A stretch of 64,000 nt of DNA from the human T2T-CHM13v2.0 reference genome, Homo sapiens. Numbering within the stretch: the first letter of the stretch is position 1; the number at the start of each line of letters is the position of its first letter. Both the position numbers and the translations under genes were made by a program. The stretch lies in assembly GCF_009914755.1 (NCBI RefSeq), contig NC_060945.1; one strand, written 5' to 3'. Shown here in pieces: positions 26,740-38,800 of the stretch. The notes beneath the pieces were generated by a model. That model made no database searches. It was not told where the DNA came from and saw only the letters and a program-made list of their open reading frames with translations.

Positions 26740-27570
26740 GAGGTGCCAGGACATCCAACCCCAACCCTTGCTGGCTGTGCTGTCTCAGGCAAGTCACCTT
26801 GCCTCTCTGAGATGCAATTTCCCAATCTGTAAAATGGGGATACAATGCTAGTACATCGTTCATTGTTTTCCCTTTAAAAATTAAATGAGGTACCCGGCCG
26901 CCACCCCGTCTGGGAAGTGAGGAGTGCCTCTGCCTGGCCACTGTGCAATCTTCCAAGTGTAAAGTGACAGCCTTTCTGCAGGTGTACCCAACAGCTCTGA
27001 AGAGACAGTGACCATTGAGAACGGGCCATGATGACGATGGCAGTTTTGTCGAAAAGAAAGGGGAAATGTGGGGAAAAGAAAGAGAGATCAGATTGTTACT
27101 GTGTCTGTGTAGAAAGAAGTAGACATAGGAGACTCCATTTTGTTCTGTACTAAGAAAAATTCTTCTGCCTTGGGATGCTGTTAATCTATAACCTTACCCC
27201 CAACCCCGTGCTCTCTGAAACATGTGCTGTGTCAACTCAGGGTTAAATGGATTAAGGGCGGTGCAAGATGTGCTTTGTTAAACAGATGCTTGAAGGCAGC
27301 ATACTCGTTAAGAGTCATCACCACTCCCTAATCTCAAGTACCCAGGGACACAAACACTGTGGAAGGCCGCAGGGACCACTGGCTAGGAAAACCGGAGACC
27401 TTTGTTCACCTGTTTATCTGCTGACCTTCTCTCCACTATTATCCTATGACCCTGCCACATCCCCCTCTCCGAGAAACACCCAAGAATGAGCAATAAATAC
27501 TAAAAAAAAAAAAAAAAAAAAAAAAAAATTAGGCAACGCAGGCAAAGTGTCCAGACCCAAACTGGATATG
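26740..27570 (+). mobile_element. MIR split by the SVA insertion
   Basis: GGCAAGTCACCTTGCCTCTCTGA..ATCTGTAAAATGGGGATA..ATTAAATGAGG before the SVA. MIR-like AACGCAGGCAAAGTG resumes after the polyA. Confidence 0.65.
26891..27528 (+). mobile_element. 5'-truncated SVA (older SVA_A-like): end of VNTR, SINE-R and polyA
   Basis: CCCGGCCGCCACCCCGTCTGGGAAGTGAGGAG VNTR unit, then HERV-K env/LTR-derived SINE-R (AGAAAGGGGAAATGTGGGGAAAAGAAAGAGAGATCAGATTGTTAC), AATAAA and A27. Imperfect TSD AAATGAGG/AAATTAGG. Confidence 0.93.
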
Positions 27571-27624
27571 TAACAAGGGCCGATGAGTGTGAGTTCCTTT
27601 TGTTCCCTCTTCATATATCCAGGC

Positions 27625-28152
27625 CAGGGTTCCACATTTTGAATTGGAGAATTCTCTACTGTGGGGGGCGTTTAGCAACACCTTTCCCTCATCACATAGG
27701 AACTCTTGTAACAAGCCCATCCTGTCTGGACCAGGGGGATTCAGCTAAGCCTAGGGTCAGTCCAAATAATTCCAGGACTTGGAATGACTCAATAGGACAT
27801 CAGGGGTAGTAGGCGCCGGGGTAGCGGGAGCTGGGGTAGAGGACGCTGGGGTAGTGGGCGCCGGGGTAGCGGGGTCCGGGGTAGCGGGCGCCGGGGTAGC
27901 AGGCTCCAGGGTAGTGGGTGCTGGGGTAGCAGGAGCCAGGGTAGCGGGGTCTGGGGTAGCAGGCGCCGGGTAGCAGGTCCGGGGTAGCGGGCTCCGGGGT
28001 CGGCACTGCAGGGTGTTTAGCAGCATTCTCTGCCTCTGATCACAGGGTGCCAGTAGCAGAGTCCTCTCACCCCATTGTGACATCCAAAATGCCTCCATAT
28101 ATTGCCCTCTGTCTCCCGGGGGACAAAGCTTGCCCTTGACTGAGAACCACTG
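27625..28152 (-). mobile_element. MER20 split into two pieces (27625-27669 and 28003-28152)
   Basis: CAGGGTT..ACATTTTG..AATTCT..TGTGGGGGGC and GCACTGCAGGGTGTTTAGCAGCAT...TGAGAACCACTG are consecutive parts of antisense MER20. Confidence 0.75.
27803..28004. repeat. 15-bp GC-rich minisatellite (GGGGTAGCGGGCGCC consensus), ~13.5 copies
   Basis: Units counted directly; one unit is 13 bp. Confidence 0.95.
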
Positions 28153-28214
28153 TCCTAGGTCCATCTCGTGCAGTTGGGCCAGAGCCTACCTCGACTCTGG
28201 GCACAGAGAAGCAA

Positions 28215-28390
28215 GTGCCACTCCTGGAGTGGTGGTCCTCCTCCAGGAGGCATGCCAGAGCTCCTTGGAGCTTCTTAAAAGCGCAGGGGCCTGGGCTTTA
28301 CTCCACAATTCTGATGTCATTGGATGCAGTGGACATTTGCTGAAAGCTCACGCCATGGTCTGATCAGTGGGCGCAGCTGAGAACCACTGG
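28215..28390. mobile_element. MER5-like hAT MITE
   Basis: GGAGCTTCTTAAAA..GGGC..AATTCTGAT..ATTGG...GCTGAGAACCACTG. Confidence 0.5.
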
Positions 28391-28671
28391 TGCCTGGCTC
28401 CCTTGGGGACGGAGCCCACAGCCCCAGGGCCTCAGCTCGGGTGTGTGGGGCAGTTCTGTGCATGCTGAAAGCATACCCCCTCCAGTGCTTGATGGGGGCT
28501 TCTCTGGTCTTCTGCCTCAGAGCCCTCTCCAAAACCCATAGAGGCCTTCAGACCCATGTTCAGCCCCACGTGAGGAGTTGGAGGAGTGCTAGTGCCCCAG
28601 GGGTAATGGGAGCCTGTAGGAGCTCCCCAGAACTGCCTCAAGGGAAACCACAGATGGCGCCTTAAATAACA

Positions 28672-28934
28672 CAGTTCTCTCTCCTTGGCTTACAGATGCC
28701 CTCTCCTCCCTGGGTCCTCACAGGGTCACCCCTCTGTGTGTGTCTGTGTCTGTGTCCTAATCTCCTATTCTTATAAGGACACCAGTTAGGTTGGATGAGG
28801 GCCCACCCTAATGGCCTCGTTTACCTTAATCACTTCTTTAAAGGCCCTACCTCCAAATACAGCCACATGCTGAGGTATGGGGGGTTAGGACTTCAACATA
28901 GGCAGATTGGGAGATACACCTCGGCCCACAGCAG
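28672..28934 (-). mobile_element. MLT1A/B-like MaLR LTR fragment
   Basis: TCTTATAAGGACACCAG...GGGCCCACCCTAATG...CCAAATACAG...GGGGTTAGGACTTCAACAT. Confidence 0.8.
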
Positions 28935-29137
28935 CATCCGGAGGCCTGTGTCTTCCTGTCTGAGCCTGGGTGTGGATGCCGCACCCGTGCTGGTTGGAGG
29001 AAGCTGGCCTGCACGGCCTCTGAGCTTCTCCACTTTCTTACTCATCTGAACTTTGGGGCACTCCAATTCTGCTGAGGAAGGAGAAGGATCCTTTTTGCAA
29101 ATTATATACTGACTCTAGTATAACATCACATGACAGG

Positions 29138-29757
29138 TAAAGGAGGATATCAAAATATTTTATCCCAAAATAGGTTTCTTTGCTATACTTTGAAATGGTG
29201 CTGCAAAGCTGGCTTTCGTGATGCAAAATTTGCATCTGTAAGGAATCTCTAATAATATAACTAGGTATTTCCCCTTCCAGGCCCTCCCAATCCAGAAGAG
29301 ATTAGCACCTTTAAAAGATCTAAATAGGAAACATTGCCATCTATTGTCTCAAAGGGCAGCTACCTATGAGACTTCATCTACATAACAAGAACCCTGGTCT
29401 CCACAACCCCTTATCTTAACCCAAACACTCCTTTCTATTGATTCTAGGTCTTTAGATAATAACTTAACTCTTCAACCAATTGCCAATCAGAAAATCTTTG
29501 AATCCACCTATGACCTGTAAGGCACCCCCCCACCTTCCAGTTGTCCTGCCTTTCCAGAACTAAACAATTTATACCTCACATGTATTGATTGAGGTCTTAT
29601 GTCTCCCTAAAACGTATATGACCAAGCCGTAACCCAGTCACCTTGGGCACATGTTCTCCGGACTTCTTGAGACTGTGCTTTGGGCCCTGGTCATTCATAT
29701 TTGGCTCAGAATAAACCTCTTTAAGTAGTTTACAGAGTTTGCCTTTTTTTGCTGACA
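29138..29757 (+). mobile_element. ERV1 MER4-group solo LTR (LTR8/LTR49/MER39-like)
   Basis: CAAAATATTTTATCCCAAAATA start, internal CCAATTGCCAATCAGAAAATCTTTGAATCCACCTATGACC, and end CAGAATAAACCTCTTTAA..TTTACAGAGTTTG..GACA. Confidence 0.8.
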
Positions 29758-29879
29758 TACTACAAATTCAAAGCTCAATGAAAACAAAACAGGGAAGCCT
29801 CAAAGAAATCTCTGCTTGATGCCAATCAGTTCTTTGTATCTTTAGGGAGATGGTAGGTGGTGTTGGGGAGCATGAAGTC

Positions 29880-29914
29880 TGTGTGTGTTGTGTGTGTGTG
29901 TGTGTGTGTGTGTG
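29880..29914. repeat. (TG)n microsatellite
   Basis: Directly visible, with one interruption. Confidence 0.95.
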
Positions 29915-30699
29915 AATGTGCATATGCATCTCTGCTATAATGCAGGGATAAAAACAACAATGCTTTGGACATTTTCATGATGCTGAATCTACTGTTTGGA
30001 GCTTACAATAAGGAAATATGCAGAGACTCTGAAATGTCTTCACAGAATTGTAGCTGGAATAACATGGTTAAGATGGATATTCAAAATATTTGAAAATAAT
30101 TTGAAAATATTTTCTCCCATTCTGTATGTTGTCTTTCACTTTCATGATAATGTATTTCAATGCATACAAGTTTTTTATTTTGATGAAGTCATATTTATAT
30201 TTTTCTTTTGTTGCCTGTACTTGTGGTGTCACAGCTAAGAATCCATTGATGAATCCGAAGTCATGAAGATTTACCCCTGTGTTTTCTTCTAAAGAGTCTT
30301 ACAGCTTTTGCTCCTCTATTTAGGTCTTGATGCATTTTGAGTTTATTTTTGCAAATGTATGAGGTAGAGTTTCAACTAATTCTTTTGCATGTATATATCT
30401 AGTTGTCCCAGCACCATTTGTTGAAAAGAGGATTCTTTCCCATTAAATGATCTTAGTGTCCTCATGAAAGTCAATTATTCTAAGGTGTGCAGGTTTATTT
30501 CTGGACTCTAAATTCTATTCCACTGGTTTAGATGTCCATCCTTATGCCTTATATTCAGTCACTGCTTTAATTACTATAGTTTTATAGTAAGTTTTGAAAT
30601 GAGGAAGTGTGAATCTTCTAATTTTGTTCTTTTTCAGCATTGTTTTGGCCATTTGGGGACCCTTGCATTTCCATATGAACTTGAGGATTGGGCTTTTTA

Positions 30700-31122
<423 letters not shown>

Positions 31123-31312
31123 CTATAAGCACAGGATGTTATTCCATTTATTTAGATATTCTTTCATTTCTTTCAGCAGGACCTTATGATTTTCAGTATA
31201 TGAGTTTTCACTTCCTTGGTTGAACTTAGGTATTTTATTTCATTTTTTGGATGCTATTGTCAATGGGCCTGTTTTCTTAATTTCCTTTTTGAATTGTCCA
31301 TTGCTAGTGTAT

Positions 31313-32179
31313 TGTGATATTGTGAAATATATATTTGGCCTTTATCCCATTTCCTGATACATAGCTCCTAAAACCACTAGAATCTCTGGAGTGTTAAGAA
31401 TGTCTTTTGTTTGCTACTGAGATGACTGGCAGCTGCAGACCTCTAGATAGCTTCCGGGTGGGGGCTGGCCACCTGAAAGACCATGGCATGATTAGAAGGT
31501 TGAGACTTTCGGTCCCACCCCCAACCTCCAGGGAAGGGAAGGGGGTTGAAGGTTCAGTTGATCACCAATGGCCAATGATATCATTACTCATGCCTACATA
31601 ATGAAGCTTCCATAGAAAAGCAAAAGGACTGAGTTCTGGGGGCTTCTGGAAAGCTGAACACATGGATGTTCCTGGAAGGGGTTAACCCAGGGAGGGCGTG
31701 CCCCTCTTCTTGCCTCTTCTCCCACACTTTGCCCTGTACCCTTCTTCCTTCTGGCTGCTCATCTGTACCCTTAATTATATCCTTTATAATAAATGGGTAG
31801 GTGTAAGTAGAGTGGTTCCCTGAGTTCTGTGAACTGCTTTCGCAAATTAATTGAATCCCAGGATGGGGTTGCGGGAACTCCCAATTTACAGCCAGTTGGT
31901 CAGAAGCACAGGCCACAACCTGTGCTTGCGACTGGCATCTGCCGGGGTGGGGCAGGCTTGTGGGGCTGAGCCCTCACCCTGTGGGATCTGACACTGCCTG
32001 CAGGTAGACAGTGTCAGAGCTGAACTGAATTAGGGAACACACAGGGGTGTCCACTGGAGAATGACCTGCAGCACTGGTTGTTGTTGGAGAAACCCCAACA
32101 GCCCTCTGGAGTCATGGAAGTGTTATCTGTTGTAAGAGTATAGTACGAGATGCGGAGTTTGTTTCTTCCTAGGTCCTTA
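31313..32179 (+). mobile_element. MER21(B/C)-like solo LTR
   Basis: Starts TGTGATATTGTGAAATATATATTTGG. TSD TGTAT at 31308-31312 and 32180-32184, and the L1 rejoins across it. Confidence 0.85.
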
Positions 32180-32387
32180 TGTATAGAAATTCAACATTTT
32201 TTTTTGTGTTGATCTTGTACTCTACAACTTTTCTGAATTTGTTTATTGGCTCTCGTAGTATTTTTGTGGATTCTTTGGGGTTTTCTCTGTATAAGATCAT
32301 GTTATCTTTGAATAGAACTAGTTTTACTTCTTTCCAATTGGAATACTTTCTGTTTCTTTTTTTTACTTAATTGCTCTGGAGGGAATT

Positions 32388-32876
32388 GTGTCTTGACCCA
32401 TTCTCTACCTGTAGTCTAGGAGGGATTGACCCCATCTCTTAAGGGTGATCCCTGCTTGGCTTAAGCAAGTCCATAGAGCTCATCTGCTTGTCCCCAGTGA
32501 TTGGGTCGGAAATGGCATATGACCTCCTTAAGGACAATGAGATGCAAAGAAATATAGCTTTAGCTTCTAGGAAGGAAGCTTCTCTTTTCTGTGGAAGCTT
32601 CTGGAAGAGATCCTGACTCTTCTGCTTGTGAGAAGTTGGGGCCTGAAATGTGGTGGACACTTCTGCTACCATGAAAGAAGTAGTCTAAGGATGACGGTGA
32701 TGCAGAAGGAAGGGAAAGCAGGAGACCTGGAGAAAAGGAGCTGGGTCTGGGGGTCATCTCAGCGCCTAGGAACCGGCAGCATCGGAAGTCCTCTCCCCCT
32801 GGGTTTTTGGTTGTATGAGCTAAGACATCCTCAATTTTTTTTTCTTTTTTCATAAGTCAGTTTGGGTTCTCTGACA
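32388..32876 (+). mobile_element. MLT1K/J-like old MaLR LTR
   Basis: CAGTGATTGGGTC..ATATGACC..GAGATGCAA and ending AAGTCAGTTTGGGTT. Confidence 0.6.
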
Positions 32877-33024
32877 TCTCTTTTTACTTGAAAATGTTAA
32901 AGTTCAAGATACATGGTATATCCTTAGCTTAGTATAAACTTATCAGCTATGGTTGTTTCACTTGGACTTTTTACCTAATCAAAAAGGAAATAAAGATGTA
33001 ATACACATGTAAGGAGATGGTAGG

Positions 33025-33302
33025 TTTTTCTCTCTTTCTCTTTTTCTCCCTTCCCCTTCCCTTCCCTTCCTTTCTCTTTCTTTCTTCTCTCTCTCTCTGT
33101 TTTCTTGAGATAGGATCTGGCTATGTGGCTAAGGTGGGAGTGCAGTGGTACCATCACAGCTTACTGCAGCCTCGAACTCCTGGGCTAAAGTGGTCCTCCT
33201 GTCTCAGCCTCCCAAGTAGCTGGGACTACAGGTGCATGCTGCTGTGCCCTGTTAATTATTTTATTTTTTGTAGAGACAGAGTCTTGCTACATTGTCCAGG
33301 CC
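33025..33302 (-). mobile_element. Partial AluJ (right arm and linker) with pyrimidine-rich degenerate tail
   Basis: GAGATAGGATCT..CTGCAGCCTCGAACTCCTGGGCT; the left arm is truncated. Confidence 0.8.
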
Positions 33303-34542
33303 AGATTTTTCTTTTAAGTGTGGTAAATGCTATAAAAGTCTCCTTTTTACATTATTCTCAAAACGTTTTTAATGAGCAATAATATTCATTATTGAATGCA
33401 AAATGAGAGAGAGAAAACAAAGGAGGAGAAGAAGAATTGAGAGGAGACGGGGACAGGTAAGACAGCATGAGGGAAAGAGGAGTGGTGGAAATGGAGCAGA
33501 GGCTGGAGGAAGAGGGTTGGGACCTGAACCATCTCTAGGGCTATGGCCGATAGGCCCAGGGGCAGCCTGCTGGAGCTAGGGAAGTGGGTGGTTGTCCATC
33601 AGCTTTCCTGGGTGGTCCCATTACTGGGAGGCTTCCATCTCCAGCTGGACTGTCCTGCAGCTTCCTTTGGCTGGGCTGCCCCTGTCCCCTCCCCCTCTTC
33701 CAGTCCTGTTTCTTTCCAGGAGCCGGCTCCTTGGAGCTCATCCATCCTCCTTCCTGGGGCTCCAGGCTTCCTTTTCTCAGGGATAGGATTTGTCTCTCAG
33801 CTTCAGAAATGAGGGTGCATCTCAGAGCAGCACTTTTCCTGGCCCAGTGGCTGGGCTCACTTGTGTCTGTGTTGTGTCCAACTCACTCATCACACACCTG
33901 TTGTGGATAGGACACAACACAGGGACACAGGGATGAGACAGAAATGAGGACACAGGCACTGACATGCATAACCAGCAGACAGATGGGTATGTTTAATTTT
34001 AGAGGTGTGTTCAGAGTTAGAGGGGGACAGGGAAGGGAGGGATTCTCTAGGCAGGACTGAAGCAGGGAAGTCTTTACAAAAGATGTGCTGGGCTTTGAAG
34101 GATGAGTAGGAGTTGATCAGGCAAACCAGTGGAGGAAAGAAGGGGAAGGGGCTCTCATTGGGGCTCATCCTGGCTGCACATCGGAGACACCTGGAGGAGC
34201 CTTGGGAGAGAAGATGGCCAAAGAGCAGGGAGAGCTGATGCTGTTCCCTCAGGGTTTACCTGTTTGCTTCCATGCTGTGACTTTGAGCCCTGTGATTTCC
34301 CTTAGTGATGACAGCATATCCCAACCATGTGAAGTCTAACTGCCCTCTAGCCAGTGTAAACAGGCTATTCTGGAGTGTGGGGCCAGGGGAGAACCTTCAG
34401 ATCCCTGAAATATGCCCCAGATATGGTTTGCGGAACTCAACGGCATCTTTTTCACCTTCAACCCAACCTGTCCCCAATGTCAGCTCTCAGCTGAGTTACT
34501 GCAGCAAACCTTTCCCCAGTTACTGGCTGCTATCTGCACATT

Positions 34543-34652
34543 GTGTGACCAACTAATCTCTGTTTGCCTGGGACTTACCCACATTTAGCATTGAATGTCC
34601 CACATCCCGGAAATCCCTCAGTCCCAAGCAAATGAGGACAGTTGGTCATCTA
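34543..34652 (-). mobile_element. MER81-like MITE
   Basis: GTGACCAAC..TTTGCCTGGGAC..TTTAGCATTGAA.GTCCC..CCCTCAGTCCC..GTTGGTCATCTA. Confidence 0.7.
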
Positions 34653-34659
34653 CAGCTCA

Positions 34660-35240
34660 CACGCCAACCACAGCCATCCTTTCAAAATGCATGTAATGTC
34701 ATGCCACTCTTTGCTCGACACCCTCCAGGGCTCCCCTCTCAGAGCAAAAGCTACACAAAGCTCTCCCTGGCCTGGTGCCTGTGACCTCACTCGCCTCCTC
34801 TCTGCCCACTCCCCTCCTCACCCACTGGGCTCCGCCGAGTCAGGCCTCCTTGATGCTTCTCCAAGCTTCCTTTCACCACAGGGCCTTTGCATGCAGGTCC
34901 TCTCTGCTTGGAACACTCTCTCCCTGATACCCACAGGGCTCACACCTCCTCTCACCCAGGATGGATCTAGTATTAGCTCTGCAGGGACAGCTTCCCTGAC
35001 TCCCCTATACCTCACGTACTTCACCCCCTCCAGAGCCGTGATTCCTTTCCTTTCTGCACGTCTCACTCCGACAGGCTTACTTTCTGGTTTAGTCTTTCTC
35101 TGCTCACTTGGATGTAAGCTTGGTTTACTCATGCTGTGTCCTGACTACCTAGAACACTGCAGAGCGCATAGCATGAGGGCAATAAACGACGAATGAATAA
35201 ATGAATGAATGAATAATGAATGAATGATTGAATGAAAGAA
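34660..35240 (+). mobile_element. L2a-like 3' end with (TGAA)n tail
   Basis: CAGGGCCTTTGCATG..CTCTGCTTGGAACAC and a tail of GAATGAATAAATGAATGAA. Confidence 0.85.
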
Positions 35241-35629
35241 ATCTGGACAACTTACTCACTTAGGGTGGCTAAGGAGAGGTAAGGGCTGCTTTTCCCAGAC
35301 AGCCCACCCTGCACTGCCCCTGTCCCCAAGCCTTCCAGGTGGACTCATGCAGTCCTGCTCGGAGCTCCTCTGCTGCTCCGGGTTTGACTCAATCGACACC
35401 CTTCGCACCACTTTCTAAGTGTCTCCTTTGGACTGGGCCCTTGAGCCATGAGCTTTCTTTTATTTAATGTGATATTCCCAGCGTCTGGCAATGTAGCAGG
35501 GGCTCCGTTTTGAACTACTGGCCTGTGCAAAACCAAAAGTCTTTCCTTTAAGGATCTGGAGTTAATATGATGGCTGCGTCTCAGAGATGTAAAGGCCACA
35601 CAGATGAGACCTCAGAGAGGAAGGAATCA

Positions 35630-36000
35630 AGTTGGCGGGGATTTTTCCGCGAGTGGCTGCATTGGCTTTAAGAAACTGCGCCGGGCTGGGCAGCCGACGC
35701 ACCGCTAGGTGGCGCACGCGCTCGCTGCGTCTTTCAGGGCTGCAGGTACGGTGCGGGTTTCTGGTGGCGCTGACCGCGCTGGGGATGAGCACCACTGTCA
35801 TCGCGGGGACCCTCGGGCTGCGCCTCTGCCCCTCGGTCCCCAGCACCCCTGGGAGGAGCTGCTGCGATGACACCCAGTCCCTGGGCGCCGCCGCATCGCC
35901 CTGCCCTGAGCGGAATTCTCCGGCCCCAGGAGAGGCCGTGTGGCCATAAAAGGGCTGACCTCCTGATTCGGACTCCGCAGGTAGTCACTAGGGGCTTTCG
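35630..36000. promoter_or_regulatory. Small CpG island (candidate promoter, enhancer or insulator)
   Basis: About 34 CpGs in ~365 bp of non-repeat, GC-rich sequence within an otherwise CpG-depleted window. Confidence 0.8.
35702..35715 (+). promoter_or_regulatory. CTCF core motif
   Basis: CCGCTAGGTGGCGC fits the CTCF consensus CC(A/G)(C/G)(C/T)AG(A/G)(G/T)GGC(A/G)(C/G) and lies inside the CpG island. Confidence 0.8.
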
Positions 36001-36177
36001 CTGCTCCTGGAAGCAATTTCAAACCAGCAAGCAGGCTCTTATAGACTCTTACACCAAAAGAAGAATTTGGAGGTCCACCCCTAAACAGTCCATCACTGTT
36101 ACATTGACTCCCAAATTCCTATGCTAGAGTTACCTTAACGGCAAGCCAGACCCCTGACCCCAACCCATGTCAATAGC

Positions 36178-36205
36178 GGGGGTGGGGGTGGGGGTGGGGG
36201 TGGGG
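36178..36205 (+). repeat. (GGGGGT)n G-quadruplex-forming run
   Basis: Five G-tracts (G5 x4, G4) with single-T loops. Confidence 0.85.
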
Positions 36206-36254
36206 TGCGCCGACCCTGCTGCGCTTGTCAGCTTCTCTAACTGTGGCTTGGCTC

Positions 36255-36403
36255 CTCTGTCCTCATGTGAGCTCTGGACCAGCAATACCTGCACCCTTGC
36301 CAGCAGGTTGCAAATGCAGAACCCAGACCTCCTGAATCTGAGCCTGCATTTTAACAGGGTCCGTGGGAGATTCGTGGGCACCACAGAACTGCAGGAGTGC
36401 TGG
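36255..36403 (+). mobile_element. MER5A-like MITE
   Basis: AAATGCAGAA..CCCAGACC..CTGAATC.GAG.CTGCATTTTAACA. Confidence 0.7.
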
Positions 36404-36972
36404 CGGAGGGCAGGGCTGAGTGCGGAAAGGGAGATGGGCAGGCCCATGGCGTGGGGACTGACCTTTGGCACAGGGCACGTCTGAGTGCAGAAAGGGAGGT
36501 GGCAAGTCTGTGGCTTGGGGACTGACCTTTGGGTCAGCGGTGGAGAGGAAGGGTACAGGGGTCCTTTCTCCAGGAGGTGGTCCTGGCATGGGCCAGGTGT
36601 GAGTCCCGTGACCTCCAGAAGCACATGGTAGGACAGGCCGGGCAGGCCAGGTAGGCCCTAAGCTCCATCTATTAGTGCAGGAGGGAGGCCCTGCACTTTG
36701 CTCACCACTGAACTCTGCCGCCAGCCAACACCAGGCACCTGATGGATCTATGTTGGGTGAAGCAATGAAGTGGACAGCCCAGTGCCTTGTGGAAGGGACA
36801 CCAGGGAGTGCTGAGGCCTGTGGGTGGGCGTATGAGGTGCAGGGCAGCTGGCATTGGCCTGGGGGCTGTGCTCAAAGACAAACTCCATCCACTTCTGGCT
36901 GTGCACAGGGCCAGCTTGGGGAGGTAGCAAGTGGATGAGCAAAACCAGGGGAAAGCAAGGCACCAGCCAGAG

Positions 36973-37180
36973 CTGTGTTCTCAGCAGGGTTGTGTTGGCC
37001 CAAGTGGGGACAGCAGCCATGTCTGGAGACATTTTTGATTGTCAAACTGGAGGGGGTGCTACTGGCACTTAGAGGTAGAGGCCAGGAATGCTGCACACAG
37101 CTTGCAAGGCACAGGATGGCCCCTGCAACAGAGAGTGACCTGGCTCCAAATGCCAATAGTGCTGAGGTTGAGGAACCACG
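36973..37180 (+). mobile_element. MER20
   Basis: ATGTCTGGAGACATTTTTGATTGTCA..GGTGCTACTGGCA..GTAGAGGCCAGG..CAATAGTGCTGAGGTTGAG. Confidence 0.85.
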
Positions 37181-38002
37181 AGAGAAAGCAGCAGGCTCTG
37201 CAGGCACTGGTGGAGATTTCTAGTGCCAATAGCTCTATGTCCCCTTCCCCACCTCCACCAGTCCCCATTGGGACCTGAGACCTTATTAGGAGTGACTACA
37301 GTGCTGGTCCCAGTTGACTAGGAAGAGGGCTCCTGGTCAGGCTGACGTTGCACTCAGGAGTCTAACTGTCCAGTGGCAGAAATCGATAATTGGTTCCAGT
37401 TCCTCTCCCCAGGTGCCACGATGCTGGCAGTGCCCACCACTCTGCTGGCCTTGGACTGCAGGACTGGTCCCTCCTGTGGCTTAAGACAAGCTCCAGCTAG
37501 TCTGCTGCAGTGTGACAGCCTGGGGATGGGGAGGGAGAGGACTCCGGTACACAGCCTGGGAGATGGCTTTTCCATGGCAACAGCTCAGTTCCTGGTAGGC
37601 AGCCCTCACCTGCTCTGATCCTGCCACATATGTGCAGCTCCCTGTGTTCCATCCAGAGATCAACTTGGCCAAAAGAATTTATTTTCAGTTTTTTGGGGAA
37701 AACCAATAAAAACACCTCCAAATAGCCCTGCTTTGCCAGGAGTACCAAATCCTTGGGTTTGCAGAAATACTAACGAGTGCTTTTATTTGACCTTTCCTTT
37801 CTTCTCCTTTCCCTTTCTTTCTTCTTTCTCCCTTTTTGTTGTTGTTTGTATTTGAAATTTATGCTTTATGTTTCATATGAGTTCATCATGATGGGGCTGT
37901 TTTCCATAACATTTTTCTTTAGCAAATTTCTTCAAAGTATGTGTTAAAATTATTTTTGTTTGACTATTGCATAAGCTCCAAGAGATCAGAAACTGTTTCT
38001 CT

Positions 38003-38330
38003 CCATCCATTTATCCATTCATTCAATCCATCCATCCATCCACTTCCTCACCCATATACCCACCCACACACCAAACCATTTGTCCATCCATCCATCCATC
38101 CATCCATCCATCCATCCATCCATCCACCCACCCACCCACCCATCCATCCACCCACCCACCCATCCATCCATCCATCCACCCACCTATCCACCCACCCATC
38201 CAGTCATTTCAGTCATCCATCAGTTCACTCATTCACCCATTCATCAACCCATTCATCAACACACCCTTCTGTTCACTCATTCATACAGCCAGCCAACAAT
38301 CCATTCATCCATCCATTAATTCATTCATTG
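38003..38330. repeat. (CCAT/CCAC)n low-complexity repeat, probably an expanded L2 tail
   Basis: Directly visible, and it grades into antisense L2 (CATTCATT...). Confidence 0.9.
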
Positions 38331-38800
38331 GCAAAGGCAAGCATTGGAATTGCTGCTCTTTGCCTAGCCCTACAAAAGCTCTTACTGTCACAGAGATATT
38401 TCTCTAGTGGAAGGCTAGAAATTCACAAAACAAAGTGTTAAATGCATTTGAGTGTTATGCACAAAGGCCCTATGGGGCCAAACAGAAGCCGGCTAACTTG
38501 GCGGGTGGTGGTGTCAGAGAAGATTTTAAAGAGGATGGGACCTATTAGGAGAGCCTTGAAGGATAAATGCAGGGCAGTGGGGTCAGTAATTATCTAGAAG
38601 CCACAGCTAGTGAGTGATTCGTTGGGCTGCTGAAGTGAAGATGGGGACATGAGATGATACTGATCAGGTAAGGTAGCATTGTAAAAGGACTTCAATGATG
38701 TCCAAGGAATTTGCATGTTATCCTGTAATCCTGTAGACAATAGGAGTTATCCATGAATGTTATGATCGGTGCTGTTTTAGAGAGAAACTTCTGGGATTGT
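38310..38800 (-). mobile_element. L2 fragment
   Basis: GCCTTGAAGGATAA and GGAATTTGCATGTTATCCTG..CAATAGGAG antisense L2 motifs. Confidence 0.6.

Noticed and set aside
27803-28004. Regularly spaced repeats considered as a CRISPR-like array
   Set aside because: They are tandem units with no unique spacers, in human DNA with no cas genes.
27757-28164. 135-aa ORF with PATPA repeats resembling a mucin or extensin
   Set aside because: It is a by-product of the 15-bp VNTR and MER20. A 13-bp unit shifts the frame, and there is no splice or promoter support.
34642-35196. Longest ORF in the window (184 aa)
   Set aside because: It lies wholly within an L2 3' end, has a non-ATG start and has no recognisable domain.
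35562-36127. Overlapping ORFs across the CpG island
   Set aside because: Stop codons are scarce in GC-rich DNA, and none of the peptides resembles a known protein.
37941-38441. His/Pro/Ser-rich ORFs up to 166 aa
   Set aside because: They are translations of the (CCAT)n simple repeat.
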